Origin: Ptychomitrium polyphyllum
Taxonomy: Eukaryota
Assembly: GCA_973851085.1 (NCBI GenBank)
Contig: OZ316775.1
Span: 3,906,001 to 3,970,000, forward strand
Reading direction: 5' to 3'
DNA length: 64,000 bases
In this document: piece by piece, positions 16,800 through 28,028 of the stretch
How the letters are laid out: the number at the start of each line of letters is the position of its first letter
Numbering within the stretch: the stretch's first letter is position 1
Position numbers and translations under genes: made by a program
Notes under the pieces: generated by a model
What the model was told of the DNA's origin: nothing
Databases searched by the model: none
What the model saw: the letters and a program-made list of their open reading frames with translations, nothing else

Positions 16800-17300
16800 G
16801 TGGATGGTTCAACACCACGCTCGCAGAAACGCAACCTCGTCGGAGGTGGAGGCGCCACCGTGGCGGGCAGGACATAGCCCTGCGCCGGTCGTGCAGGGGC
16901 ACGCAGGAGCGGAAAGATCGACCCGCCCGGAATCTTTCCGCGGCGCCCGACTCTTTCCGGGGGGCGCTGCCGCTTGCAGAGCGGGAACGAGGGAGCACAG
17001 GGGAGCCACGGGCGGGGGTGCGCTCACATGCCCAGCCGTGGTCGTAGGGCCGGGGGGCGCGGTACACCGCGGAGGCAGGGTGGGGGGGATTTGCCGGCAG
17101 CCTTGGCGACCGAGGCGCCCGAGAGCCGATGCGTGCCGGAAGGGGGCCGTCTCTGGCGCGGCGCCATCGCCATAACTGCGGCGGGGCAGGGGTGCGCGAC
17201 CAGGGGCAGCACGCGACGGGGGGAACAGCGTTCGCTTGTGTCTCGCTTGGCTCGCGAGCTCGGTTGTCGAGGTTGCGTGGGTTCTCTCTGGTTTCAAGCC
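16800..17300 (+). promoter_or_regulatory. GC/CpG-rich promoter island upstream of the DYRKP kinase
   Basis: Abrupt switch from AT-rich DNA to very GC-rich, CG-dense sequence, followed by a CT-rich leader and a splice donor at 17603 (CTG|GTACGT). Confidence 0.55.
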
Positions 17301-19132
17301 CCGGTGCCCTGAGTTCGTTCCAAGGATCGCCATCGCTGAGGGACCCCGGGCTTTCTCTGCCAGTTTTTCTGTGCTGCGTGAGGTTGGATGTGCTTCCTTT
17401 CCTGTTTCGCTGTTATCGGAGGTTTCCTTCGGTCCGTGCGGACAGGGGGCAGAGGCGAGAACGAGAGACGTTGTTTGGGGTGTGCGTGGTGGCGATCGTC
17501 GTCGGCCATGGCGGTGTGTGGCCTGTTCCGCATTGCGCCCCGCCTTCTCTGCATCGGCCTCATCGCAGTGTAGCCATGGCGATGTTGCTGTCTTGCAAGC
17601 TGGTACGTGTGGGCAGAGTTAACCTCGACCTTTCGGTTCGGCTCCGAGAACAACAGACTGGAGTTTGCTGGTGTTGGGGGTAGTGCGCGCAGAGTCGGGG
17701 ATGGGGGAACGGGGGGAGGACAGCGTTTGAGGACTAGTTTGGATATTCTGTTTTTGAGTATTTGAGTATGTGGTTTGTGGTGGTTTAGGGTAGGATCGCC
17801 AGGGCTGTTAGGGTTCGAAAATCAGGTTCTTGGGTCAAGACGGCGTTTGTATGGCGAGGAGTGTGGGAGTGATGGCATTTGTGATTGGAGACGCGTTAGG
17901 TTTGAGTGGTGGTGGTGGCTTTTCAGTGGTAGAGCGACTGCATTGCGTGGAAGCGAGGTCGGGGAAGGAGTGTCGATGGAGTGCCGTGGAAGTCGCCTGT
18001 TGCTTTGCGGCTTTTGACTGAGTGGCATCTTCTTGAGGGTTAGATTGCGGCTTCGTCGGCGAGGAAAGTGTGCAGCAGTCAGTTGCGATTCTTGCACGAG
18101 GTCCGAAGTAGAGAGGTGGGGTGAGGGGGTATATGGTTGTAGCGGCATGAGTTGGTTATCTGGTGCGTCCCCTCTTTCCGATTGTTCGATGTAAGGATAG
18201 TTTGAAGCGAGGCTGGAGAGTTTGAGAAGATAGCCGGAGAAGAAGCCGCATAAGTGGGGCATCTGCTCTTATCACTCGCTTCTGGCGTTCTCGGCATACT
18301 GGAATAAATGTTTAGGGTTTCAGCATCGGCTGAGAAGCAGAACGGGATGGTTTTCCTTCGAGTGGAGTCGGTCTTGACTTTGAGAAGGGACGCACTCCAA
18401 CGGTGTTGCTCAATTGCGTTCTTGTTGCCTCATTGTGAGCAGAATAGCTAGGGTGTGGCCAGGGCCATTCCCTTTCGCAGTTTGTTCAGTCAGTGTCTCC
18501 GACGGCAGTGTGTCACCATACGACTTCTCCCATCGGAGAGGAATGTCGAGTGGTCGTGGAATCAGCCCCGTTCGGCGGTTTCCTCACACTGCACCTTGAC
18601 AGCGGCGTCCAATTGAGTTCGACGACGGCTTGGTTGTGATCACGTCTTTGACTACATCTATTCTTGAGACGAGTCGAGGAACGTCTGTGAACGATAGATT
18701 TTCTCCAAGGGCACTCACAGTTTTGTGACGTCGGGTTCAGATGTCGACCTGCAGGCTGCGAAGCAGAAGTCTTTTTTGTGACAGAACATGCCGTGCCACA
18801 TTGATGTCGTGTGACGTTGAAGATATTTACTCGTGGATTGTGTTCAGCTGCCGATCTAACCTAATGCTTGGTCGTTCAGGAGCTGGAATCACTGGGTGAA
18901 GAGCTAGCCACCACTGAAGCAAAGGGTGTCGAACGTGATGGCGCTATTTCGAGTGTGAGTTATTCGTTGTCAGGTGAGCAGCAGGTGGCTTGCCTGCGTT
19001 AGCGGAGTTTTCTGGAGGGGTAAGAAGTTGCGATGGTCAGGGCTTCCCAGATGATAAGCTAAGGCATCTGGGTGATAGGACGGGGCATAGGCCGTGAGCT
19101 GCCATTTGGTTGTTCATACCATTGGAGTGACA

Positions 19133-22100
19133 ATGGCGGACAGCATCGGTATCATTCTGGAGTACTTGCATCGGCACCATTTCTCCAGGGCAGAGGCAGT
19201 TCTGCGGGAGGAGGTCAGCCTGCGGCAGCAGTCGAATGGTCCGATCCCTGCTCCTTTGGGCGATGACCTCGACCTCGATGTTGCCATACACCTCAAGTCG
19301 ATGCAGGAGAAAGCAGCACAGGAACGTCATGAGGTAGACGTGGTGCCAGATAAACGAGCGCGCGACAAGTTGGTGACAGAGGCAAAACCATCTGCACCGG
19401 CGGGGCTGGGAGTGAAGGAGGAACCCCTTGGTCAGGTGGAATTGCTTCAACCGTCGACGAAGCTGGAGGACTCGGAACCGCTGTTCATGGAGTTTGAGGT
19501 TTCGGAACTGGAGCATCCGACCAAGCCAAAGTCTGTGCTCGGTGTTGTAAATTCGTCATCACCAGTTGCTCTTCCTCCTGTTTCTGAGAAGACTATGGTC
19601 GAGAGAAGGAGGTCTCCGGTAAGAGAAGTACGATCGTCACTAACGGCTCGTCGTCCTGAAGGTCGTTGTCTGGAATCAGGATCGATTGCTATTTGTCCGT
19701 GTTGTTGATGAGGAGTATATCTCTGAATGCTGGATAGTCGCTTGATGTGCGGTACCGTGATAGATCCTGGATCTGAGCGTAGTTGGGTTACTACAGGCTA
19801 CTATGCTTCGCTCACGGAGTGTCTAGTGTACAATCAGGATGGAGGAGTTGCGCGATGACAAGCACTTGCGAGCGTTAGGCGTTCCAACTCGTCGCTTTGA
19901 GCTGGTTTCAGATGCACAACAGTCAAACTATCATGACACAGACGACTGGTGTGTGTCAATGTTTTCACAACTCCCGTCTTGTCATTTTCACCACAGGGAA
20001 GAATAGGAGGCTTGAGTGCGCTTCAGACCGAGGCAGAAGTGGCAGCCTCTTCTGTCGAGAAGGTGGTTCCCGAGCGAAAGAGAGCGGAAACAACCAACGT
20101 AGTGTTGGGGAAGGTTTCAGATTCGAACAACGGAGGAGTCTTCAATCCCCCGGGCTATCTGGAGAAGGGCTTCTCACCGGCTCAAGAAATAGATTCTCCG
20201 CAAGCTCTGTTTGAAGCGACTCGGGGAAAAGTAGATGCTCTGAAGCAGGTGGGGTGCTCTCGGAGGAGTGATTTTCGTCGGGCCTGGGCCTCAGTAAAGT
20301 GTCTGGTGCATGGAGGAATATGTAGGGCAAGAATTTGTGTTTGAAAGGATCGGAGGGGGCGGATGTCTCCTTTGAAGGGATAACATCTTTCTAGTGCAGG
20401 CTTGGGTTGTCCTCGTTGCCCTCTCTGCTTTCAGAGCCAATTCGGCATCGAGGAGTGAGCAGTGCACTTCTGATGTGTGTATGCTATGAAGCCCGTGGAC
20501 GTCAGTGTTGTGAAAACATGATCATCTGTCACTGGTCTCGTCGTGAGTTGGTCAGGCACCGAGTAGGAACTGGTGTCTTTGGTAATGTGCACAATCTTCA
20601 CCAGTGAGGATGCTTTGTGTCCCTGTTAATTTGGCCAGTCTTTGGGGCTTTTTGTGGACTTACCATACCCGATGCTGACAAGCCCCATATCTGTTCACAG
20701 AGGTGGGAGCCCAAGAGTGCTGACAAGCCCGCTTTGGATCGAGAGAAGAGCTTTCGAGCTGTTCCGACGGTGACAAAGAATGTGGCCAGTCAACCAGAGA
20801 AAGGGGTAAACATTGTGTTCCTGCACGCCTGCACGCTCCCACAGCTTTCTTGTGGTGGTAGCTCGTATGATCAATATGCCGTTTAGGAACTGGGTAGTTG
20901 TTGCGCAATCAGAGTCGCGTTGGTGAGGGCTGGTAGAAGTTAGCCTAGCGCAGAACACGTGCATCACGGAACTTCCCTGCTATTCCAGAGGAATGTTGAG
21001 CACTATCAGGTTAGCGTGCGCTCTCATGGTTGATTCTATGAGAGGTGTTCTGCAGGGGTTTGCCTTTAACGTCCTAGCGGACATTCGACTGTGGATGTAA
21101 AAACGTACTAGATGTGAGGGAGAGGCATATGCACAGGGGCTCCCTCTGCACCGTAGAGATTCGATTTGCTTTGCCTGTCGGCCAGAGATTCAGAATTTCT
21201 TCTTAGTACTTGGTGTGTATGTACATATGTCTCCCCTATCTCTCCTCTATTCCTCTGGATCTCAAGGTAGCAGGATGTGCAGCATCGGTGACGGGATTGT
21301 AGTTTGTCTGAAGAGGAGTCCAGTAATCGGTCTTTGTGACCCATGCATTGACAGTGATGTCTCTGGTGCAGAGTGGCAACAGTGGCCGAGTCGCACCTGT
21401 TCAAGCTGCTGCGACTCCTGCTCCTGAATCCACCGTGGGAGTGCAGCTGACACCTAGGGACAAAAGTGGTGTTGATGCAGTACTTTTCGTCAACACAAGC
21501 GCAGGAGACGCTGGCGACGGAAACACCGTGCCCAAAAGTCCAGAGTGGACAGAAGTTCCTATCAAGACCATCGCTCCCATCAGGACAAGCGTCTCCCTTG
21601 CAGCAGATTCAAAACAGAGGTCCGAGGAGGGAGGGAAGGAAACGGTTTCGACAATCCCTTCTCACTCGCATGACGAGCGTCTCCAAACGGGTCCAGAGCA
21701 GGAGCTTGTACCCCATGCGACTCCGAAACCGGACAGCGGTTCGCAGCATGCGGATGTTTCCCTTGATGACGTGAAAAAGTACCCTACACGAGAGCAGCCA
21801 ACAGCGGAAGACGCGGCTTCAGCAGTTGTAGAAAGAAAACTGAAATGTGTGGCTCCCAAAACAGTTCAAGAGGGCCTTCCCAAGCTTGCTCATGTTCGCC
21901 TGCGTTCAAATGATGCCAAAACTCCCGAAGCCGCGCAGGATGAATACGACAGTGGAGTCACAAATACTGCCGAATCTTCATCGCCTGCCAATGTTGCCGG
22001 AACTGCGCATGCCGCTCCTTTTGGACTGGGGTCCTATCTTGACATTCCTGTCGGGCAGGATATCTCCTCGTCAGGTACGTGGGTAGCGTTTCTGGACTTC

Positions 22101-25100
22101 TGTCTTGCGGGTTCATTTCTGTCTCAAACGTTCCCGCTCGTCATTTTACTGGCATGCACTCTTCTGTTGTTGGGTCGTCCTGGAATGGAGGTATCGTCAG
22201 AGTGACATTCTGCGACAAGCGTTACCTTCAGGCCGTTAAGTTTTTTGGTCGACGATTCTCCTGATTTTTAATGCATGGTTTTCCACTACTGGTGTACATA
22301 ATTGTAGGGTCTCGGCGCATGCCTGCCTCTGCACGGCCTTCAGTGAGCCATGGCATTGTAGAGGATCAGTCTGAGCTCCTGTCTGGGTTTGCAACAGCAG
22401 GAGATGGACAGAGTGAGTCCGCAGTGGAATATGCGGACGAGTATTGGGACTCGGATACTTATGAGGATGACGACGATCCCGGATATCATAGGCAACCGAT
22501 TGAAGACGAGGAGTGGTTTCTGGCGCATGAGATCGATTATCCAAGCGATGATGAGCGAGCCCGCCCCAATGTGGAAAACCCGCGAGGCTTGCGTCGCGAG
22601 AAAGAGCAAGAGAAGTACGAGGACGAGGACTGCTCTTTCGTGGAAGAAGAGGCAAGTCCACCCCTGTGGTCATCCCTGTGTTCAGATTCATTGTATGTGT
22701 TTGCTTTCTTTACGAACAATGGGAAACTGCTCGGGGAAGTTGAACCTGGCCGTGGTGCCGAGGTTGTCAAACGGAGGGTCCTGCAGGCCGACCTATGCCA
22801 TTCCACTGTCGTGCGCTAATCAGTAGCGAAGGTGTTCTGTCCGTCTGGGCTTCGTCTCAGCAGTGTGAGGTTTGCACAGTAGGCATCCACAATTTTCGAG
22901 CAATTGTTCATAGACCCAAGGCAGTGCAGTGCTTAGAGGTTTATACGGCTAACTTGGTTGATGGGGTTGTAGAACTTGGATGAGATCCACTTGGTTGTTC
23001 CGTGAGGAGGATTTTTGGAGTTTTCTCCATTCTTTTGCATGTATTCTTCAATTTCATGAGTTCCTCCGCCGGATGACTAGAACCAGATTGTCAGTTCCAA
23101 TGAATTTCGTTAACAGTCATTCAGCACTCTTGCGTCCTGTTGGACGCGAGATATCAAGTGGATATCATTGTGACCGGCTTGGCTCTCTGTTGAGCAGCAG
23201 TCCTACTTCTCTGGGGAGGAGTACTATCGGGCGAAAGCAGGGAAAGAGGAGGAGGAAACTCCTGTAGAAGTTGACAAAGTTAAGACGAGTGAGGTATTTG
23301 CGCGCATGGACGGTGGAGAAAATGTTGGTAATAATGGCCAGGTATAGTCGCATCCACTCTCTGCAGGTTAAACAGCTGTAGAGTGGGAATGTGTAGTACA
23401 AGATAAGTTCGCACTTGTGCACAGGGGTCCGCCGCAGAAAAGAGGTCGTTTGGGAACTCTGCATGATCTCGGTGGGTTGTGGAACATGTTGGCTTCTTTC
23501 TCCTTGCACTGAAGTAGATGTGACAGCAGTCAAGCGTTGTCAATGTCAGGATCGTCTGATGGCCCAACTGAGTTCGCCTGTTAGGCCGTCCCCTCTGTGC
23601 TTCTTGACAGAGGAGAGTACTTGAGGGAAAACATGTAAGTAGCCTGTGCCACATATGGACACTCTGGATCATGCTAGGCCAGGTCGTGAGGAACTGAGTG
23701 ACTGGTGGGTTCAATCTGTGGTTGTATCCCTCGAGGGGTATGTGGTGCTCGTAGTTGATCTGGTTGCAAACCAGTCGACCTTCTGCTTTTAGACACATAC
23801 TGGTAAGCTCGGATACGAGTACAACGAGGGAGTCTCTAGTGACGTTCCTCGAGTGTGAGTAGTTCTTGTCAGGTCTTCTACTACGTAGGATGACATCTCT
23901 GCAACTTGTGGTCCACTTCTGACATGGCAATCCTCCTGTATGATCCAGGTTGCCAACGCCACTCGCATCCTTGACGGAGGGCCGTTCAACAGACAGCTAT
24001 TAAATGTGGACGGGCTTCCTTTGATGAGCGGAGATACGAGGTGGCAAGGCTTTGATGCTTCCAAGGGAAGTCCCTTGGAGGCAGGCAGCAAGAAAGCGGA
24101 TCGCGGTAGATCTCTTCCCGACGATAGCATCTTCGAAGTGGAGGATGATAGAGTGGGTTCAGTGCGATTCGGTGGTGCGGGCGTGAGTAGCGATGTTGCA
24201 GAACTTGGGAGTGAAAGGCGTGAGAGTGTGCACGGAGAAAGCGGTGAAGGAGATTTAGAGATAAGTGAGATCGGTGTTCGAAGCATGGGCCAAACCAGCT
24301 CATCGTCTCAGGTGGGGAACAGGGATAGTGGAAGGGTGCATGGTTATGAGGGTGTTGGGAAGCAGGATGAAGAGGAGGAGGAAGAAGACCTCATCTTGAA
24401 ATACTACAACAATCCATGGGCGAGTCACAAGCGTCGAGGCGTGGAGCGGGAAACCTCAACCTCGGACATGTTACAGTTCCCCAACCGAGAGAGTGAGAAA
24501 TCCATGGTGACGAAGACTAGCAGCACTGGTGATAGGGAGGGTCAGCGGCACAAAGAATCTGAGATAGCTGGTGCGACAGGGTTTGGTGGGTTTTCGTTCC
24601 CCTCCCCATCGACGAGTGCAGGAGAGTTAGGAGCTGTTTCCAGGGTAGACTCTGGGAAGTCGATGTGGTCGGTGAGAGATATCACCAGCCAGGTTGTCGG
24701 GGAAGATCTGGAGGAGTACGGCAATGGTGTGCTGGGGTCCGAAGACCCTTTGGCTTCTTGGAGGCGGAAGAGCAATGAATCTTCACCCGTGATCAGTCCT
24801 CGTAACGATGCTCACCGAGATCAGTCTGTGCGCTCCATTGGATCGGCGAACTCGACGGATGGGTATGGCAGTGCGGTTGCCAAGGTGAGATAATGTGTGC
24901 CTTGCTTGTTTGGTCGATCTCAACGTCGCTTATGGGACTAGCTTGTACTGTTGAGGATTGGTGTAGGGGAGTGCGTCTACCAGTGAAACGAGGCTCCCCC
25001 TTGATACTGTTGTGGTCGTCGTTGGAACAGTCGCTTGTCTTCCTTGGGTGAGAGCCGTCATCTTTGGACAAAGTTTGTTCTACCCTACAGAGTACCTAGA

Positions 25101-28028
25101 TGTGAAGCCCTAGCTTAACTGTGGCCGATATCGACAAACTTGGCATCCTTCGGGCAACCCCCTGTTTCTTTTGATGCAGCATCTGGTACCTGTAGCTGCT
25201 GTACCTTGTTTCGTGTCGCTGTAACCGGCACATTCTTTCTGACTGTCCCTGTACTGTCCAGGATGATGAGGCTGGAGAAAGTGATGATGAAGCAGAACAA
25301 GTTCCAGAGGAAGTAGATCTGGCGGAGGTGGACCAGAAAATTAGAGAAGCTGAGGCCGTAGCAGCCGAAGACGAAGAGGCTGCAGCAGTGCAAGAACAGA
25401 TTCGGAGGATAAGAGCAGAAGAGGAAGAGTTCGAGACGTTTGATTTGAAGATCATCCACCGAAAGAACAGGTGTGGCCACAAAGTTGCTGGATTTTGTTA
25501 GCTCCTGAGATGCAAGCGCTAACTGCGCTTTGGTTTGGATCTGGACTTAGATGTACAATGTTCTCTGAGTAATAGGTCGTCGCTTTCACCAACTCTTGCG
25601 ATGCTTGTCCCTTGGAATTGTGTGGGGATTTCTACTGTCGCAGTTCCCCTGATGCCGACTGCTTTGATTCGCAGGACTGGATTCGAGGAAGACAAAGATT
25701 TTCCGGTTGTAATTAACGCAGTCGTTGCTGGCCGCTATCATGTGACTGAGTACCTGGGCTCCGCTGCCTTCAGCAAAGCCATACAAGCCCACGATCTGCA
25801 CACAGGAATGGATGTGTGCATGAAGATAATCAAGAACAACAAAGACTTCTTCGATCAGAGTCTCGACGAAATCAAGCTTCTCAAGTACATCAACAAGCAT
25901 GATCCCGGTGACAAGCACCATCTCTTGCGACTCTATGATTACTTCTACCACCGGGTATTCACGACGGCCTTTGTGGAAAAACGTCCATCTATCATGAAAA
26001 TTTCTCTACGTTGAAGACTGAACAGTTCAATTTCTGTTCACATCAATACGAGCTACGGGTGTTTCTTCCTGATTTTAGTTTTGTTACACTGCCTGATCGT
26101 TTTTAGCAAGTCTAGTGGATCCTGGGTTTTCCAGAAAGTGGGTGGTGTATATATCATCGCCTCGCTAACACACTGGCGTTGATGATTTGCAGGAGCATTT
26201 GTTCATTGTCTGTGAGTTACTTCGAGCCAACCTGTACGAGTTCCATAAATACAACAGAGAATCAGGTGGCGAGGTCTACTTCACCATGCCCCGCCTTCAG
26301 GTATTCTCCCAATTTTTGAGCACAATGTTGTTGAAGACCTTTTTCCCGCAGTCAATGTGGTCACTCTACTCGTAATAGTAGGAGGTATTGCCGACACCTG
26401 ATGTTCATGAGTTTCTGTCATTTTCAGCTCTTCATGTATTGCAATCGATAGACTGTGTTGGACCTCAGTGCTCGCGTACATGGTTTTGGCTGGTCGGGTG
26501 TTGAATTTTACGGCAGCCACGTGCCACACATGCAGGATCTAGAGGTTGTGGTTCCAGATGGAAGTTCTAGTTAGCTAGTGTCAAAATGCACGGAACGCCG
26601 GTTGAAGTTTACTGGGCCATGAAACGGAGTGTTTCCTCATTCATCTGGTGTTGTTTGTTACAGTCGATAGCACGTCAATGTCTGGAGGCTCTGGAGTTTA
26701 TTCACGGATTGGGGCTCATTCACTGCGATTTGAAGCCGGAGAATATTCTGGTGAAGAGCTACAGCCGCTGTGAAATCAAAGTGATCGACTTGGGAAGCAG
26801 CTGTTTCCAGACCGACCATCTGTGCTCCTACGTGCAATCTCGCTCCTATCGTGCTCCTGAAGTTATTCTTGGTCGTCCTTACGACCAGAAGATTGACATG
26901 TGGTCGCTGGGCTGCATACTTGCAGAACTGTGCTCGGGAAACGTGAGTGAACGTCCGCCTGATTTGTCTACGATGTCTAGTTGCTTAGAAATACGAAAAT
27001 GCGTACCTTTGCGGCGGGTGGGCAACTTTGGAGACTTACAGTTCAGGAGAAGTGCACGATGTATGTTATGGGTACAGCTTTGGTATGCTTGTGTTCCTTG
27101 GCATTGGTCAGCCTTGGTAGTCGATCACATCAAGCCTTCACTAAGGGTTCGAGAAGTCTTCTCGAAGAGAGTAACAATGGCGTGGAAGTGTGAGCAGTCG
27201 ACAGTTGAGAGGGTACTCCTTAAGATTCTTTCTTGTCGTCGTGTGATCTGAACTCTGTAGTGGTCGAATTTACGGAACACTATTATGTTTCCCTCGAACG
27301 TAGTAGATGCACGTCGAGTATGAAGGCGAAGGTTAGATTTCGTCAATAGTGAAGACTACTTTCTGAGACGTTTTTCAGAAAGTAGACGGTCGTCTGCAGG
27401 GACTTGCGAAACTAACGAGTTTGAGATATGAATTTGCCCAGGTACTGTTCCAGAACGATTCCCTGGCGACATTGTTGGCCCGGGTGGTCGGAATTTTGGG
27501 CCCTATCGACCCGGAGCTTTTAGGCAAAGGCCGGGATACGCACAAGTTCTTCACTAAAAATCATATGCTTTATGAAAGGAATCAGGTATGATGAGCTGAA
27601 CACAGAGATCTAACGAGTTTTGATATTTGCACGTTGTGAACAATCTGGGCTTGATAGTGTATTTCTTTGTGGGCCAATGCCTGCTGGGGTAAACTGTTTT
27701 CTGTTTTCACATAAGGCTCGAACAAAGCACAGAACGATTAGAGTTTCAAGCGGACCTTGTTCTGGTCTCGTTGTGAGGAAGAGTATGTATCAGTTGGTAC
27801 TAGACAACCTGATGTCTTACCACTTGATGGTTTCGACAGGATTCTGACCAACTCGAGTACCTGCTGCCAAAGAAGACATCTCTGTCGCATCGTCTACCCA
27901 TGGGCGACCAAGGCTTCGTTGAGTTCGTGACCTACCTTTTGCACATCAACCCAGCTGTGCGCCCAACTGCCAGTGAGGCCCTCAAGCATCCTTGGCTGTC
28001 ATTTCCCTACGAACCAATTTCTTCATGA
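19133..28028 (+). CDS. DYRKP: Plant-specific DYRK-family (DYRKP-type) protein kinase (about 1375 aa) with long low-complexity N-terminal region
   Basis: Exons 19133-19618, 19997-20248, 20701-20805, 21372-22074, 22308-22651, 23201-23293, 23949-24884, 25262-25470, 25675-25954, 26193-26300, 26664-26942, 27442-27585, 27840-28028 join in frame (4128 nt). Kinase motifs LGSAAFSKA, KIIKNNKDFFDQSLDEIKLL, IHCDLKPEN, DLGSS, CSYVQSRSYRAPE, DMWSLGC. DYRKP-type blocks EYWDSDTYEDDDDPGY, EEWFLAHEIDYPSD, FDLKIIHRKNRTGFEEDK. N-terminal exon boundaries are less certain than kinase-domain ones. Confidence 0.92.

Noticed and set aside
16463..18600. Many overlapping 60-180 aa ORFs on both strands
   Set aside because: Expected from stop-codon scarcity in a GC-rich promoter, leader and intron; Arg/Gly/Pro/Ala-rich with no recognisable motifs.
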